From the human T2T-CHM13v2.0 reference genome, Homo sapiens, in the NCBI RefSeq assembly GCF_009914755.1, contig NC_060932.1: a stretch of 64,000 nt of DNA. The stretch is one strand, 5' to 3'. Position 1 is the first letter of the stretch, and each line of letters begins with the position of its first letter. The position numbers and the translations under genes are program-made. Below the pieces are notes generated by a model that did not search any database, was not told the origin of the DNA, and saw nothing but the letters and a program-made list of their open reading frames with translations. Positions 30,235-45,356 of this stretch are shown piece by piece.

Positions 30235-32004
30235 AAGCCCAAGCCCTGATCTTAGGGAGCATGAGCTCAGGCCAGAAAAGGAACTGATGGGGGAAATATG
30301 AAAACTCCCCAAGTATGTGAGAGGCTCTCCACTTCCTGGCTATGTGTTTCCTTCTTAAAGAATTAGAGAAAAACTCAAGAGAAAAGGATGAAGATAATAA
30401 GGATATAAGTATTTGTGAGTGACTTATAAGGGACAAAGTGCTAGACACATGTTACCGCTGCCCCTCACATCCTCCTGTGAGGTCATGTGCTCAGCCCTTA
30501 ACACTCGGGCAGACGTTAAGGAAGGGAGTTGCTCGAGGTGGTGGGCGAGTGGGCCCAGGAGCCAGGTGTCAGCTCCAGGCCTTTTGCTCCACCCTGTGGA
30601 AAGGGCTCCCTCTTCCCAGACACTACTGTCTCTGACATGGAGCAGCACCATCAGGTCACCTCGCCGGGTGGATGTTCACACTGCTTCTCTGTATTTGCCT
30701 TTCTCCATTCTCTGACATTTTCCTCTTGCTCTTTTTGACCTATTCAAGATTTGAGCCTTGAAAGAGTAGGCATTAAAAAGAAAATGAGACAATTAACCCA
30801 TTTCGAATACAACTACTGCAGCAAAGTTCAAAAACTGGAATATTTAAGAATCAGACAAGTACAGAGCCTTTGTAAAAAGTGTCATTGGAACTGCAGAATG
30901 AGGCTGAGGGAGCCGCCGTCCTCTGACTAAGTCTTTACAGTTGAAAGGAGGTCAGGATGTCTGTGAAGCAAACAAGTGCTCCAAGGGTTTCCTCACTCAC
31001 TCTTCACCCCTGAACAAATCAGACAGAAAAAAACTTTTAGCTTTTTGGCTCCACCGCATCCCTTATGTCTTTCTACGCTCTTGCTCTTGGCAGTGTAAGG
31101 GTGGAGAGCAGGAGGGGAGCAAGCTCACCTATGACAATTGAGAGTCACCTCAGGAAACCCACAGATGCAGGGTTGGATGCTTCTTGTTCCTTAGTTCCTG
31201 GTGATTGTCTGTACTTGTCTAGGGAAACACAGTTAGATGTGAGAGCTTTTCCCAATGGCTCCATGCATACGTGTGCCCCACAACGTGCTCCTCGTGCCAG
31301 CTAGCAGGCATGGACCCAAACACATCTTCCCCCTGCCCCTCACACGGCCCCCGGAGCTGACAGCCCAAAGGAATCAGAAGGAACTTCGAGACAAGCCAAA
31401 AGGATCCTGGAGGAGAGAAAGTGAGGAAGAAGAGCGAAAGGAGAAAATGAAAAGCAAGGACATAAGAGGAATTAAGCTGCATTAGATGCCATCACATTTG
31501 CCTGTTGAAAACTGTGTGGAAAGGACATTTTTCACCAATCATGGAGATGTGGAGCAATAAAGGGTGAAGGACAGGAACGCAGGAGTAGAGGAAGATAGGG
31601 GACCCATGGATTCAGCCACCAAAACTCAGATACCACCCACTGCTGCCCACCTTAGCTAGCTCTATTTGGCTGCTTTTCTTAGTGAAATTGAAAGTGCAGT
31701 GCTCACTAGATATACTTTTGAGCAGTTGAGGAAAGGAAGGGAAGAAGGGAAGAAAGGAAGGAGAGGGGCAGGAAGGAGGGAGGGAAAATGAGAGAAGGGA
31801 TTCAAAATATCAATGACTTTCCTCATAGACATAAGAAAAGCAATCTTAAAATTTATATGGAACCACAAAAGACCTTGAATACCCAAAGAAATCCTGAGTA
31901 AAAAGAACAAAGCTAGAGACATAATACTACATGACTTCAGAATTTACTACAAAACTATAGTAACCAAAACAGTGTGGTACTGGCATGAAAACATATACCA
32001 ATAA

Positions 32005-32374
<370 letters not shown>

Positions 32375-32890
32375 ACAACCAGCTCATTTTCAACAAAGGC
32401 ACCAAGAACATACAATGTGAAAAGGATAGTCTTTTCAATAAATGGTGCTAAGGAAACTGGATAACTATATGTAGAGGAATGAAACCTCTATCTCTCACCA
32501 TACACAAAAATCAACTCAATGTAAAGACTTGAATCTAAGACCTGAAACTATGAAATTACTAGAAAAAAAAAACTTGAGGGAATGCTCCAGGACATTGATC
32601 TGTGCATAGATTTTGGGGGTCAAACCTCAGAAGCACAGGCAACCAAAGCAAAAATAGACAATTGTGATTACATCAAGCTAAAAAGCTTGTGCACAGCCAA
32701 GGAAACAATCAGCAAAGTAAAGAGACCACATACATAATGAGAGAAAATATTTGCTAACTATTTACTGAACAAGGGATTAATAACTAGAACATATAAGGAG
32801 TTCAAACAACTCAACAGCAAAATAATAATAATAATTGAAATCAAAATGGGCAAAAGATCTGAACAGACATTTCTCAAAAGGAGACATACA

Positions 32891-33191
32891 GGTCGGGCAC
32901 AGTGGCTCATGCCTATAGTCTCAGCACTTTGGAAGGCCAATATGGGTGGATCACTTGAGCCCATGAGTTCAAGACCAGCCTGGGCAACACGGAGAAACCC
33001 CGTCCCTACAAAAATTCAAAAAATAAAAATTATCCCAGCATGGTGGCACATGCCTATAGTCCCAGCTACTCAGGAGGCTGAGGTAGGAGCATCACCTGAG
33101 CCCAGGAGGTTGAGGCTGCAGTGAGCTATGATCATACCACTGCACTCCAGCATGAGTGACAGAGTAAGACCCTGTCTAAAAAAAAAAAAAA
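32891..33191 (+). mobile_element. AluJ-like
   Basis: gatcacttgagcccatgagttcaagaccagcctgggcaac; poly(A). Confidence 0.9.
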
Positions 33192-33258
33192 TTGCCAACA
33201 GATATATAAAAAAAGTTCGACATCATTAATCATCAAAGAAACACAAATCAAAACTACA

Positions 33259-33555
33259 GGCCAGGCATGGTGGCTCACACCTGTAATCCCAGCACTTTGG
33301 GAGCTGGAGATGGGCAGATCACTTGAGGCCAGGAGTTTGAGACCAGCCTTGCTGACATGGCAAAACCCCATCTCTACTGAAAATACAAAAAATTAGCCAG
33401 GCATGGTGACACGCACCTGTAATCTCAGCTACTCGGGAGGCAGAGACACAAGAATTGCTTGAAACTGGGAAATAGAGGTTGCAGTGAGCCAAGATTGTGC
33501 CACTGTACTCCAGCCTAGGCAGCAGAGCGAGACTCTGTCTAAAAAAAAAAAAAAA
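33259..33555 (+). mobile_element. AluS-like
   Basis: Full dimer with poly(A). Confidence 0.92.
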
Positions 33556-34498
33556 TGAACTACCATCTCACCCCATTACAATGGCTTATATCAAAAAGGC
33601 AGGTAACAACAGATGTTGGTGAGGATGTGGAGAAAGGGGATCCCTCATACACTGTTGGTGGGAATGTAAATTAGAAACAGTCTGGCTGTTCCTCAAAAAC
33701 TAAAAATAGAATTACCATATGATCCAGCAACTCCACTCTGAGTATATAGCCAAAGAAAAGAAATCAAAGAAGGATCTACACTCCCATGTTTATTACAGCA
33801 GTATTCACAATAGCCAAAATATGGGCTCAGCCTAAGTCCCCATCAACAGGTGAATGGATAAAGAAAATGTAGTAGATATACACAGTGGAATATTATTCAG
33901 TCATGAAAAGAAATGAAGTTCTGTCATTTGCAGCAACATGAATGGAACTGGAAGACATTATGTTAAGTGAAATAAGCCAAACACAGACAAATACTGCATG
34001 TTCTCGTGCATATGGAGAGCTAAAAAAGTGGATCTAATGAAGATAGATTCGTGGTTACCCAGAGGCCAGGATGGAGAAGGGGAGGAGGAATGAAGGAAAA
34101 AAAGAATGTAAACTAATTTATTACTACTGTAGTGTACACTTAAAAATGGTAAAGATGGTAAATTATATATGTATATTTTACCTCAATAAAAATTAATTAA
34201 AAAAAAAGAAAACTCTACCCTCTTCCAGTATTTATAGGGTGAACTTTCTGCTTCTTTTTTATTCCTTCCTTTTTTTTTCTTTTTTTTTCTCTCTCTCTCC
34301 TATAGGGTGAACTTCTTGGCTCAAAAGGACTGTGACAAATGTGAAAAGAATTTGAGATAGAGGCTTTAGAATCCCCAATGTGCTGACTGGTTAATTAAGC
34401 TTAGCATTGGAATTCATCTCTAGGGTCACCTACTCAACCACTGCTCAGCGTCCTCTGCGTCTGTCTTGTGCATTCTCTCAGATAACATCTGAAGTCCA

Positions 34499-36662
<2,164 letters not shown>

Positions 36663-37078
36663 TGTTGCAGAACTTTCTTCTTAGGTCAGCTAAAACCAGG
36701 CTCTTGTCACACGACCAGGAAAGAGTAGGGTCACAGACACATAGAAGCGTGAGAAGACGGAATTTATTGGATAAAAAGGAAAAGAAAAATAACTCTCAGC
36801 AAAGCGAGACTCCTGCTAGCAGGTTTTCCGCCTCACAGTTTGAATCCCAGGTCACCACACAGGAATAGGAGAGGCCAAGCTCCTCTCCCCTGCGAAGGTC
36901 ATGAATTTCCGAAGGCTCCACCCTGCCTTCCCAGTTGGCAGGTAGGCATTATTTAGAATCAGTCAGGAAAGGGCAGGCTTCATCAGGCACCAGAAGTCTG
37001 GTTTTTCATCCTTCAGGCTGTTTTAGGCTTGAAGGCGGGGTTTCACCAGGGACTTTTGGCTGCGTCCTGTCTCCATCA
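36663..37078 (-). mobile_element. 5' LTR, MER61/LTR9-like
   Basis: TG...CA ends, 416 bp, AATAAA on minus strand, followed by PBS. Confidence 0.75.
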
Positions 37079-37933
37079 GTTGTAAATGCAAAAGGCATTA
37101 CTCGCAACAAAGAGGGTCATTTATAATAAGCTTCAGTTTGCCAGAAAAAAATATAATTATTATATTTTATGTACCTAATAACATGGTCTCAAAATATATG
37201 AAGCAGAAAGTGACATAACTAAAGATAAATTGACAAATGCATTATTGTAGTGTATTTACTATACCACTTTTAGCAATAGAATAAACAGACAAAAGTTAGT
37301 AAGGACAAGGAAGTTTTAAATTATACAATAAACAAGCTGTACCATAAGCTTATATAAAATACTGCATGTAAAAATTGCAAAACACATTATTCTCAAACAC
37401 ATACAGAAAAAAAAAAATGGTTGGCCATTCAGACCCTAACACAAATCTTATATTTCAATGGGTTAAAATTTTCTTTGATAAGATAAGAAGTTAATATTCT
37501 ATGAACATTTCACAGGGATTTCTTAAGGTTGCAAACTATTTGGCCCATAATTTAATGGGCCTGTTATCAGTTCCATCTGCTGTTCAGGGTGAACCACTAT
37601 CATGCCAGCTGGCCTTTCATAATAAGTGTGTGCAAGCCTCGACTTCCACTTTCTAAGCCTCCAGTCCCCCCAATATGTACAGTGGATATAATAACACATA
37701 CTTTTCAAGGTTACTATAAAAATTCTATATGGTTTATAAAGGATCTAGTACAATGCCATACACATAGTACACATTCAATAAATTATGGTTAATGACTTAT
37801 GAAAGCAGCATTTGAAAATACATATTCAGAGGGTTTTAAAGATCACTGCATGGTTTTCAAGTCTCTCTCATACTTTTCTGCATGGTAGTCTCCTATCCAT
37901 CCTGGCCATAATTGACCACCATAAAGAGTCACT

Positions 37934-38350
37934 GAAGATTTGATTTTAAAAAAACAAACAAAAAAAAAACCCTGGACTAACTAAATTTAACAGAGTTTAA
38001 TTTGAGCAAAGAATGATTAGCAAATCAGGCAGTCTTCCAAGCCAGAGTAGGCTCAGAGAGACTCCAGCACAGCCACATGGTGGAAGATTTATGGATAGAA
38101 GGAAAGTGACTTACAGAAAACTAAAATGAGGTACAAAAACAGCCCATTGGTTACAGCTCAGTTTGTCTTATTTGAACATGACTTGAACAGTTGTGCACCT
38201 GTGATTGACCAAAGCTCAGTGAGTGGCACAAGAGTAGGTTACAGTCTATTTACACATCCAGTCAGGTTAGAGTTTACAATGTATGGAGAAACCTTTAGAC
38301 CAAACTTAAAATATGTAAGGAGGCAGCTTTAAGCTAAACTTGATTTATCA
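37934..38350 (-). mobile_element. Solo LTR, MER57-family
   Basis: Antisense homologue of 39432-39856 (gttcaaataag, ctgagctgtaaccaat). Confidence 0.75.
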
Positions 38351-38954
38351 GGTCTAAGAAGGCACCACCTCCTAAAGTTAAAGTGATCCAGTACCATTCC
38401 GTAGAGATTAAGTAGTATGAACAAACATTTAAGAACATTTGCAAAAGACACTGTGGAGATCACTGTCAGATGTGGGGAATTAAATACAAACAAATAATTA
38501 TAAGATATGATGGAAGATGAAAGTTTCCATTTTAAAGATACAGTGTAAGCAAATTAAGTGGCATTTGAGATAGGGTTTGAAGCAACAGCACACAGCCCAG
38601 GAAATTTAGGGTGGACCCATATGATTTCTGCTCACCAGCCCATGAGGAGTGTGGAGAGGCAGGTACCCAGAAAGAACACTTTTGTCTTTACACAAAGCAA
38701 ATGGGCATTGTTGTCTAATGCACACAAGTCACCCTCAGGTGAGAAAGCATCCAGCGTGGGGGTTCAAGGAAGGGGATATGTTTCCTAATTAATCTACATG
38801 CGCCCTCTAGGCTAACAGAAAGACAAAGACACTGGAAAGAATGGTTCTTCTTCCTTCACTGTATATTGTGGGTCTGAAGTCTGGAATTAGCATAGTCAGA
38901 TTCAGCCAAGAAAATGATAAATAAGGCAGACAGCATTTATTCCTTGTATGATCG

Positions 38955-39319
38955 CAACAGCTAATTAATTGGGAGGGCATTACATTGAGGCAACTCCAGC
39001 ACCCTGGGTTCCTGTATAAGTAAACCAAAACCCAATTCAGTGTTGAAGTAGAACAAAACTTAAGTTTAATCAGAAACTGCCAAGTAAACTCTAACTAGGA
39101 ACTGTGCACTGAAATGAATCAAATTAGGCTACTGCCGCACTTAAACCAGCCAGATGTTTTCTTTGTCTTGCCTCTCCGTGCACCTTATAAAAATCCTCCC
39201 CTCAGGATCCTTTGTTGGAGCTGTGGACTGCTGGCAATCTGGAGCCGCCTGATTCATGAACTGCTCTCTGTTCGAATAAACTCTTTACTATTTTAATAAA
39301 ACCAGTTTATCTTTTAGCA
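38955..39319 (+). mobile_element. Solo LTR, MER93/MER57-group
   Basis: taattaattgggagg...ctccagcaccctgggttcc; TATAAAA ~39187, AATAAA ~39275. Confidence 0.6.
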
Positions 39320-39431
39320 CAACCAAGTGGGATAAATTCCTCCATTTTCCTCTACTTTGCATATGAGGAGACTGAGGCATGACTTCTAAGCAAGAGAGCT
39401 GAGATTTGAACTCCAGTCCATGATTTAGTCT

Positions 39432-39856
39432 TGTTAAATTGAATTTAGTCTACAGCTTCTTCTTTAGATATTTTCAGTCGGGACTAAAGGTTTCTTAATA
39501 CATAGTGAACTGTCACCTAACTGGATGTGTAAACACACCACAACCTACTCTTACAACAAGTCGCCAAGTCTCAACCAATCACAGCAGCTGAGATTTGGCT
39601 GATCACAGGCAGCCAACTGTTCAAACCACGTTCAAATAAGACCAACTCTGAGCTGTAACCAATCTGATTGTTTCTGTTTACCTCACTTCCATCTTCCATA
39701 CGCCACTTTACTTTTTTTGTCCATAAATAGTATTGGACCATATGGCAACCCTGGAGTTGCCCTAAGCCTATTCTGTTTCAGGGGGCTGCCCAATTCATGA
39801 ATCATTCTTTGCTCCATTAAACTTTGTTAAATTTCTCTACAGTTTTCCTTTTAACA
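39432..39856 (+). mobile_element. Solo LTR, MER57A-like
   Basis: TGTTAAATT...TTTTAACA inverted termini, CCAAT motifs. Confidence 0.8.
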
Positions 39857-39955
39857 ACCACCACACTACACCTCTATCAGCAGCCCTAAAAAGGGAACAG
39901 GTTGAGGACAGAGCTGGGACATGGAGGATGGAAGGACAGAAAGATGGAAAGAACC

Positions 39956-40520
39956 TGTTGGTTTTCAGAAACCAGTACCCCAAAATACGACATGCTGAAC
40001 TGAAGAACAAGACTCAAGGTCTCTCTGACCTTCCACCGTTTCTTCCAAAGAAACTGAAGTTCCATTATCTGCCTAAGATCCAGACCTATCAAGGAGAACA
40101 GTTTTCTTCCCCTCCCTGTAAGACCAAAATGTAACCACCTGAATGGACCCTTTTTCAAGATGATGACTATCTCCAAGGATCACTTAATTTCCAAAGAGAA
40201 CTATTTACAACTTAATTTCTGTTCCCCATTCAATCATTCTCCTGAATAATCATTTATTCCCATCAATAGACTTCCTCTTCTCCATGTTCCCATAACCTGT
40301 TTTATCAGAATCCAAGGCCCCTTTCTTTCTGAAACCTCAAGTTGGCACATAAGCTTCTCTACCTTATTGGGAAGTTGAGTCTTCGTTTCGAAGGCTCCTG
40401 TGTATACACGTTAAATACACTTGTACACCTTTTTTTCCTATTAACCAATCTGCCTCATGTCAGCGATTTTCCAGCCAACCTTTAAAGGGCCAAGGGGAAA
40501 GTTCTCTCTTGGCCCCCACA
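39956..40520 (+). mobile_element. Solo LTR, MER39/MER34-group
   Basis: tcagaaaccagtaccccaaaata...gacatgctgaactgaag...cttggcccccaca. Confidence 0.7.
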
Positions 40521-40774
40521 ACCTCAGTCCTTGTGACATTACACAGCCACTGAACCAACCTTGCCTGCATTCACTACATCCGGGGCCTGTTCAATTTGTA
40601 GATAATCAATCTGCCTGTTGTTTGAGCCCCCTTGTTGCCAGTAAACTGAGTTTGTTTCCTACTTTGTATTGGTCGCAAAGAAGGAACACCCAATCAGAAA
40701 AAAAGACAAACAGATTTTATTCCTGGCCAGGAATGTAGAAGGAGCATCTTCTCCCTGAGACATGGGAAGCTGGG

Positions 40775-41453
40775 TGACATGGTTTGGCTGTGTCCCCACC
40801 CAAATCTCATCTTGAATTGTAGCTCCCATAATTCCCACATGTTGTGGGAGGGATCCAGTGGGAGGTAATTAAATTATGGGGGTGGGTCTTTCCTATGTTG
40901 TTCTTGTGATAGTGAATAAGTTTCATGAGATCCGATGGTTTTATAAAGAGGAGTTCTGCTGCACTTGCTCTCTTTCCTGCCACCAAGTAAGACATGCCTT
41001 AGCTTCGTCTTTGCCTTCAGGATGATTTTCTTTTTTTCTTTTTTTTTTTTTTTTTTGAGACAGAGTCTCACTCTGTCACCCAGGTGGGAGTACAGTAATG
41101 CAATCTTGGCTCACTGCAACCTCTGCCTCCCAGGTTCAAGCCATTCTCCTCTCTCAGTCTCCTGAGGAGCTGGGATTACAGGTGTGCACCACCACGCCTG
41201 GCTAATTTTTAGTAGAGATGGGGTTTCGCCATGTTGGCCAGGCTAATCTCAAACTCCTGACTTCGGTGATCTGCCTGTCTCAGCCTCCCAAAGTTCTGGG
41301 ATTACAGGTGTGAGTCACTGCACTTGGCCCTTCTGCCAAAATTGTGAGGCCTCCCCAGCCATGTGGAACTGTGAGTCAATTAAACCTCTCTCCTTTATAA
41401 ATTGCCCAGTCTCCGGTATGTCTTTATTAGCAGCATAAGAACAGACTAATACA
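40775..41453 (+). mobile_element. THE1 (THE1B/C-like) solo LTR containing an Alu
   Basis: tgacatggtttggctgtgtccccacccaaatctc...acagactaataca; perfect 5-bp TSD ctggg. Confidence 0.93.
41025..41329 (-). mobile_element. AluS inside THE1
   Basis: Poly(T) plus antisense dimer. Confidence 0.93.
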
Positions 41454-41594
41454 CTGGGGAATTTTAAGGAGTTAGCCATGGGGTGGGAAAGTATGCAAAC
41501 ATGTGCAAGGAGGAACCCTAGACACAGGCGTAGACAATAAACTCTCCTCTTCATGTGACATATGTTCAGAAAATGGTGGTGATTTTCCTATAAG

Positions 41595-42173
41595 TGTAAA
41601 CCAAGAGTATCTGAGACAAGTCTCAGTCAATTTAGAAAGTTTACTTTGTCAAGGTTAAGGACGTGCCTGTGACATATCCTTAGGAGGTCCTGATGACATG
41701 TGCCCAAGGCAATTGAGGCACAGCTTGGTTTTATGCGTTTTAAGGAGACATGAGACATCAATCAATACATGTAAGATGTACATTGGTTTGGTCTAGAAAA
41801 GTGGGACAACTCAAAGCACGGAGGGGGCTTCCAGGTCATAGGTAGATAAGAAACAAATGGTTATATTCTTTTGAGTTTTTGATTAGCCTTTCACTGAATA
41901 CACACTTCATAGGAATAGTCACTTATGCTTTAGTCTGGCTTAGTGAAAACAATAAGGCAAAAGAAGCAATCAGATATGCACTTGTCTTACATGAGCAAAG
42001 GGATGACTTTGAGTTCTATCTGTCCTTTGTCCACAAGGAATTTCCTTGTGGGCAAATTGTGAGAGAGGTATGTAGAAAAGAATGGGAGGAAGGTTTGCCT
42101 GATGCAGTTCCCAACTTGAGTCTTCCCTTTGGCTTAGTGATTTTGGGGTCCTGAGATTTATTTTCCTTTTACA
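41595..42173 (-). mobile_element. Solo LTR, MER4A-like
   Basis: TG...CA ends, perfect 4-bp TSD taag; gagtatctgagacaagtctcagtcaatttagaaag. Confidence 0.88.
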
Positions 42174-42495
42174 TAAGGGTGGGAAATTTAGCATTATAAT
42201 GATATGTTAATGATCTAAAGGTAACAAGGGGTCATCTGTTCCAGTCTGTGCTGGTTTGGGGGTCATATCTCCCTCCAGTATCTGGTCAGGGGTTAAGAAG
42301 CTCTGGTGCCATCCCAGGCCATCTGGTTTTGTTAGAGGCATTTGAACCAGAGTGACCCCATCTTGAATAGGGGCTGGGTAAAATAAGACTGAGACCCACT
42401 GGGCTGCATTCCTAGGAAGTTAGGCACTCTAAGTCACAGGATGAGATAGGAGGTTGGCACAAGATACATTTTATAAAGACCTTGCTGATAAAACG

Positions 42496-43089
42496 TCTAG
42501 ACCAAAAATAAAATTCTAAGGCACCCAAACCATCCAAATGGACTTCCTCTTCAGCCAGGGCACTCTTGAAATTCAACCTGAAAGACTGATTCAGGCTATC
42601 CTGGGAAGTGAGGGTAGGACATGCCTCATTATACATCCCTGGCATTAACATCAACACAGACTTTAAGTCTGATAAGAAACATTTTACAACCTATTCTCTC
42701 TGAAGCCTTCTACCTGAAGGCTTCCTCTGCAAATAAGAACTTTGGTCTTCACAATCCTTTATTTTAACCCAAACATTCCTTTCTGTTGATCCTAGGTCTT
42801 TAGATAAACTCAGCCAATTGTCAACCAGAAAAATTTTAAATCTATCTGTAAGCTAGAAGCCCCTGCTTTGAGTTGTCCCACCTTTCTGGACCAAAGCAAT
42901 GTATTGCTTAAATGTATTTGATTGAAGTCTCATTTCTCCCTAAAATGTATAAAGCCAAACTGCACCCTGACCACCTTGGGCACATGTTCTCAGGACCTCC
43001 TGAGGGCTGTGTTATGGGCCATGGTCACTCATATTTGGCTCAGAATAAACCTCTTCAAATATTCTATAGTTTGACTCTTTTTGTCAACA
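42496..43089 (+). mobile_element. Solo LTR, MER4B/D-like, nested in MER41B
   Basis: accaaaaataaaattctaag...gactctttttgtcaaca; TSD aacg/aaca. Confidence 0.85.
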
Positions 43090-43306
43090 AACAGGATGTG
43101 GTAAAGAAGCCAGCCAAAACCAAGATGGTGACAAAAGTGACCTCTGGCCTTCTTCACCGTTTATTATATGGTAATCATAATGCATTAGCATGCTAAAAGA
43201 CACTCCCATCAGTGCCATGACAGTTTACAAATGTCATGGAAACAGCAGGAAGTTACCCTATATGGTCTAAAAAGGGGAAAAACCGTTCCAGAAATTGCCC
43301 ACCCCT

Positions 43307-43315
43307 TTCCCAGAA
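43307..43315 (+). promoter_or_regulatory. GAS-type motif TTCCCAGAA in MER41B
   Basis: Fits TTCN3GAA at the position of the second MER41B GAS site; function not shown. Confidence 0.5.
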
Positions 43316-43801
43316 AACTCATGAATAATCCACCCTTTGTTTAGCATATAATCAAGGAATAACTATAAGAATATAATCAAGAAATAACTATTATACTTAA
43401 TCAAGCAGCCCATACCACTGCTCTGCCTATGGAGTAGGCATTCTTTTATTCCTTTAATTTCTTAATAAACTTGCCTTCACTTTACTCTATGGACTCACCT
43501 GAAGTCTTTCTTGCATGAGTCCAAGAACCCTCTCTTGGCGTCTGGATCAGGATTCCTTTCCGGTAACAGTCTTTAAGCAGCTGTGCCTATAAATAAAGGA
43601 ACTGAATAAAAACAGTAAGAATAAGAACCTTCCCAGTTATTTCATCAAGGCTGCTCTGGTAACCTTCTTAGGATGGGATTTTCTGTTACTTGCAACTAAA
43701 ACCATAATAAATACACACAGATAAGGCAAGACAAGACAGGTGGTGCAAGATTATGAACAGGATCCCATGCCCCATTGAGAGGTCTGGACTGAGGACGTAT
43801 T

Positions 43802-44485
43802 TGAAACTGCCTTTGCAAAATTATGACTGAGACAATGAAAGAGATCTAACCTAACTGACTCCATCTTGCTTCTAACCTCCAAGCTATCCTTGTTCATTCC
43901 TGGGTGTAGGCTGGACTAACTTTGGGAGGAACTTATAGTTTAAACCTAAAACAATAACAGCCCTTTTCCAAAACAAAACTTCTTGCCTGGGGACTAGACC
44001 ACCTTTGTAGGACTAAGAAATTTGCCACAAGATTAGAAATTATGGTTTAGGAGTCATATAGCTGGAGGCTACAAGATTCCAACCCTCCCTAAATTGCTCC
44101 TAAGATCAGTGCTTGAGATATTTTGCAGACCCTGCACTTGATGGATCAGCTGGCTCCACTCAGATCAATAAACTGGCCCATCTGATCTTGTGGCCACCAC
44201 CCAGGAACTGACTCAGTGCAAAAGAACAGGTTCAACTTCCCATGATTTCATCTCCTATCTGACCAATCAGCACTCCTGCCTCACTGGCTTCCCCCTGCCC
44301 ACCAAGTTGTCCTTAAAAACTCTGATCCCCAAATGCTCGGAGACACTGATTTGAGTAATAATAAAACTTCAGTCTCCTGCACAGCCGGCTCTGTGTGAAT
44401 TACTCTTTCTCTATCGCAATTCCCCTTTCTTGATAAATCGGCTATGTCTAGGCAGTGGGCAAGGTGAACCCATTGGGCACTTACA
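43802..44485 (+). mobile_element. Solo LTR8
   Basis: TGAAACTGCCTTTGCAAAATTAT...TTACA with perfect TSD tatt. Confidence 0.92.
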
Positions 44486-44659
44486 TATTTATAATGGGAG
44501 GGTTGATAGAGAGGGGAAGGCAGAGTCTTCAGGAAGCCCTAGTGCTTCTGTTTTGGGAAAAGCAGCTCAATAAACCCCCAAAAGAAAGAGGATCTGAGGA
44601 GGAATGGTTGACAGCACGGAGAAGGAGTTCTATAGCTGAATATTCATGATCTTACCCTT

Positions 44660-45092
44660 TTATTGAACTCTTTGGCCACATTTCTATCCAGCAAATCTCC
44701 ATTTGTAAGGGTGTCTCCCTCTCTGCACTAGGAACAGAAGAATGACTCCAAATCATTAGTGAGCTTGGACAATGGATAAGGCACTGATATAAATCTGTAT
44801 AACAGACCTCCTTTGTTTAAGGTGCTTTTTCCACAGTCATCTCTTAACTGGGTCTTTCACTGCATCCTTTCTTTGTTTCAGAAAAGTCCAGTGGGTGGTT
44901 AAGCCCAGAAGTTTACACTCTTTCTTTGAGATCAACTCAGGCAATTTACTCATTGCTCTGCATTTTCTCCCATGTATATAAGAGGTACAAATGTTTATAA
45001 ACTTCTGTTTTGCTCTTGTTAACCTTTTGTTACAGGGAATCCCAATTAAGAACAATGACAGGAAGAGAGACCACTGTTTCCCCACCCCCATA
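44660..45092 (+). mobile_element. ERV1 LTR fragment, MER34-group
   Basis: catttgtaagggtgtctccctctctg, aaacttctgttttgctcttgttaacc 3' motifs. Confidence 0.55.
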
Positions 45093-45301
45093 TGATAAAT
45101 GAAATTGATAAAAACCAGTCACAACACACCTCAGCTCAGGACAGGCAGCACAGTCATCAGGTGGCAAAATGATTGTCAAAGTAATTATTCTTGCTACCCT
45201 GTCCCACTTAAATTCAGCTCTCTGCAGAAGTGAGCTATCTGAGCCATGTGAACTGCCATTGCAGATGTCTACAAGGTAAAGACAGAAAAGCAGTGGTTTG
45301 G

Positions 45302-45302
<1 letters not shown>

Positions 45303-45351
<49 letters not shown>
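45303..45351. repeat. Poly(T)49
   Basis: Uninterrupted mononucleotide run. Confidence 0.95.

Positions 45352-45356
<5 letters not shown>

Larger units (their letters stand above)
42330..43568 (+). mobile_element. Solo LTR MER41B, split by a MER4 LTR
   Basis: tgttagaggcatttgaaccagag...tttccggtaaca; TSD gttt/gtct; retains the GAS-bearing segment that distinguishes MER41B from MER41A. Confidence 0.88.
40666..43665 (-). mobile_element. Host ERV1 LTR (possibly MER66-like) broken into four pieces by nested insertions
   Basis: Pieces ~40666-40774, 41459-41594, 42178-42329, 43573-43665 rejoin once the TSD-bounded inserts are removed (~490 bp). Confidence 0.5.
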
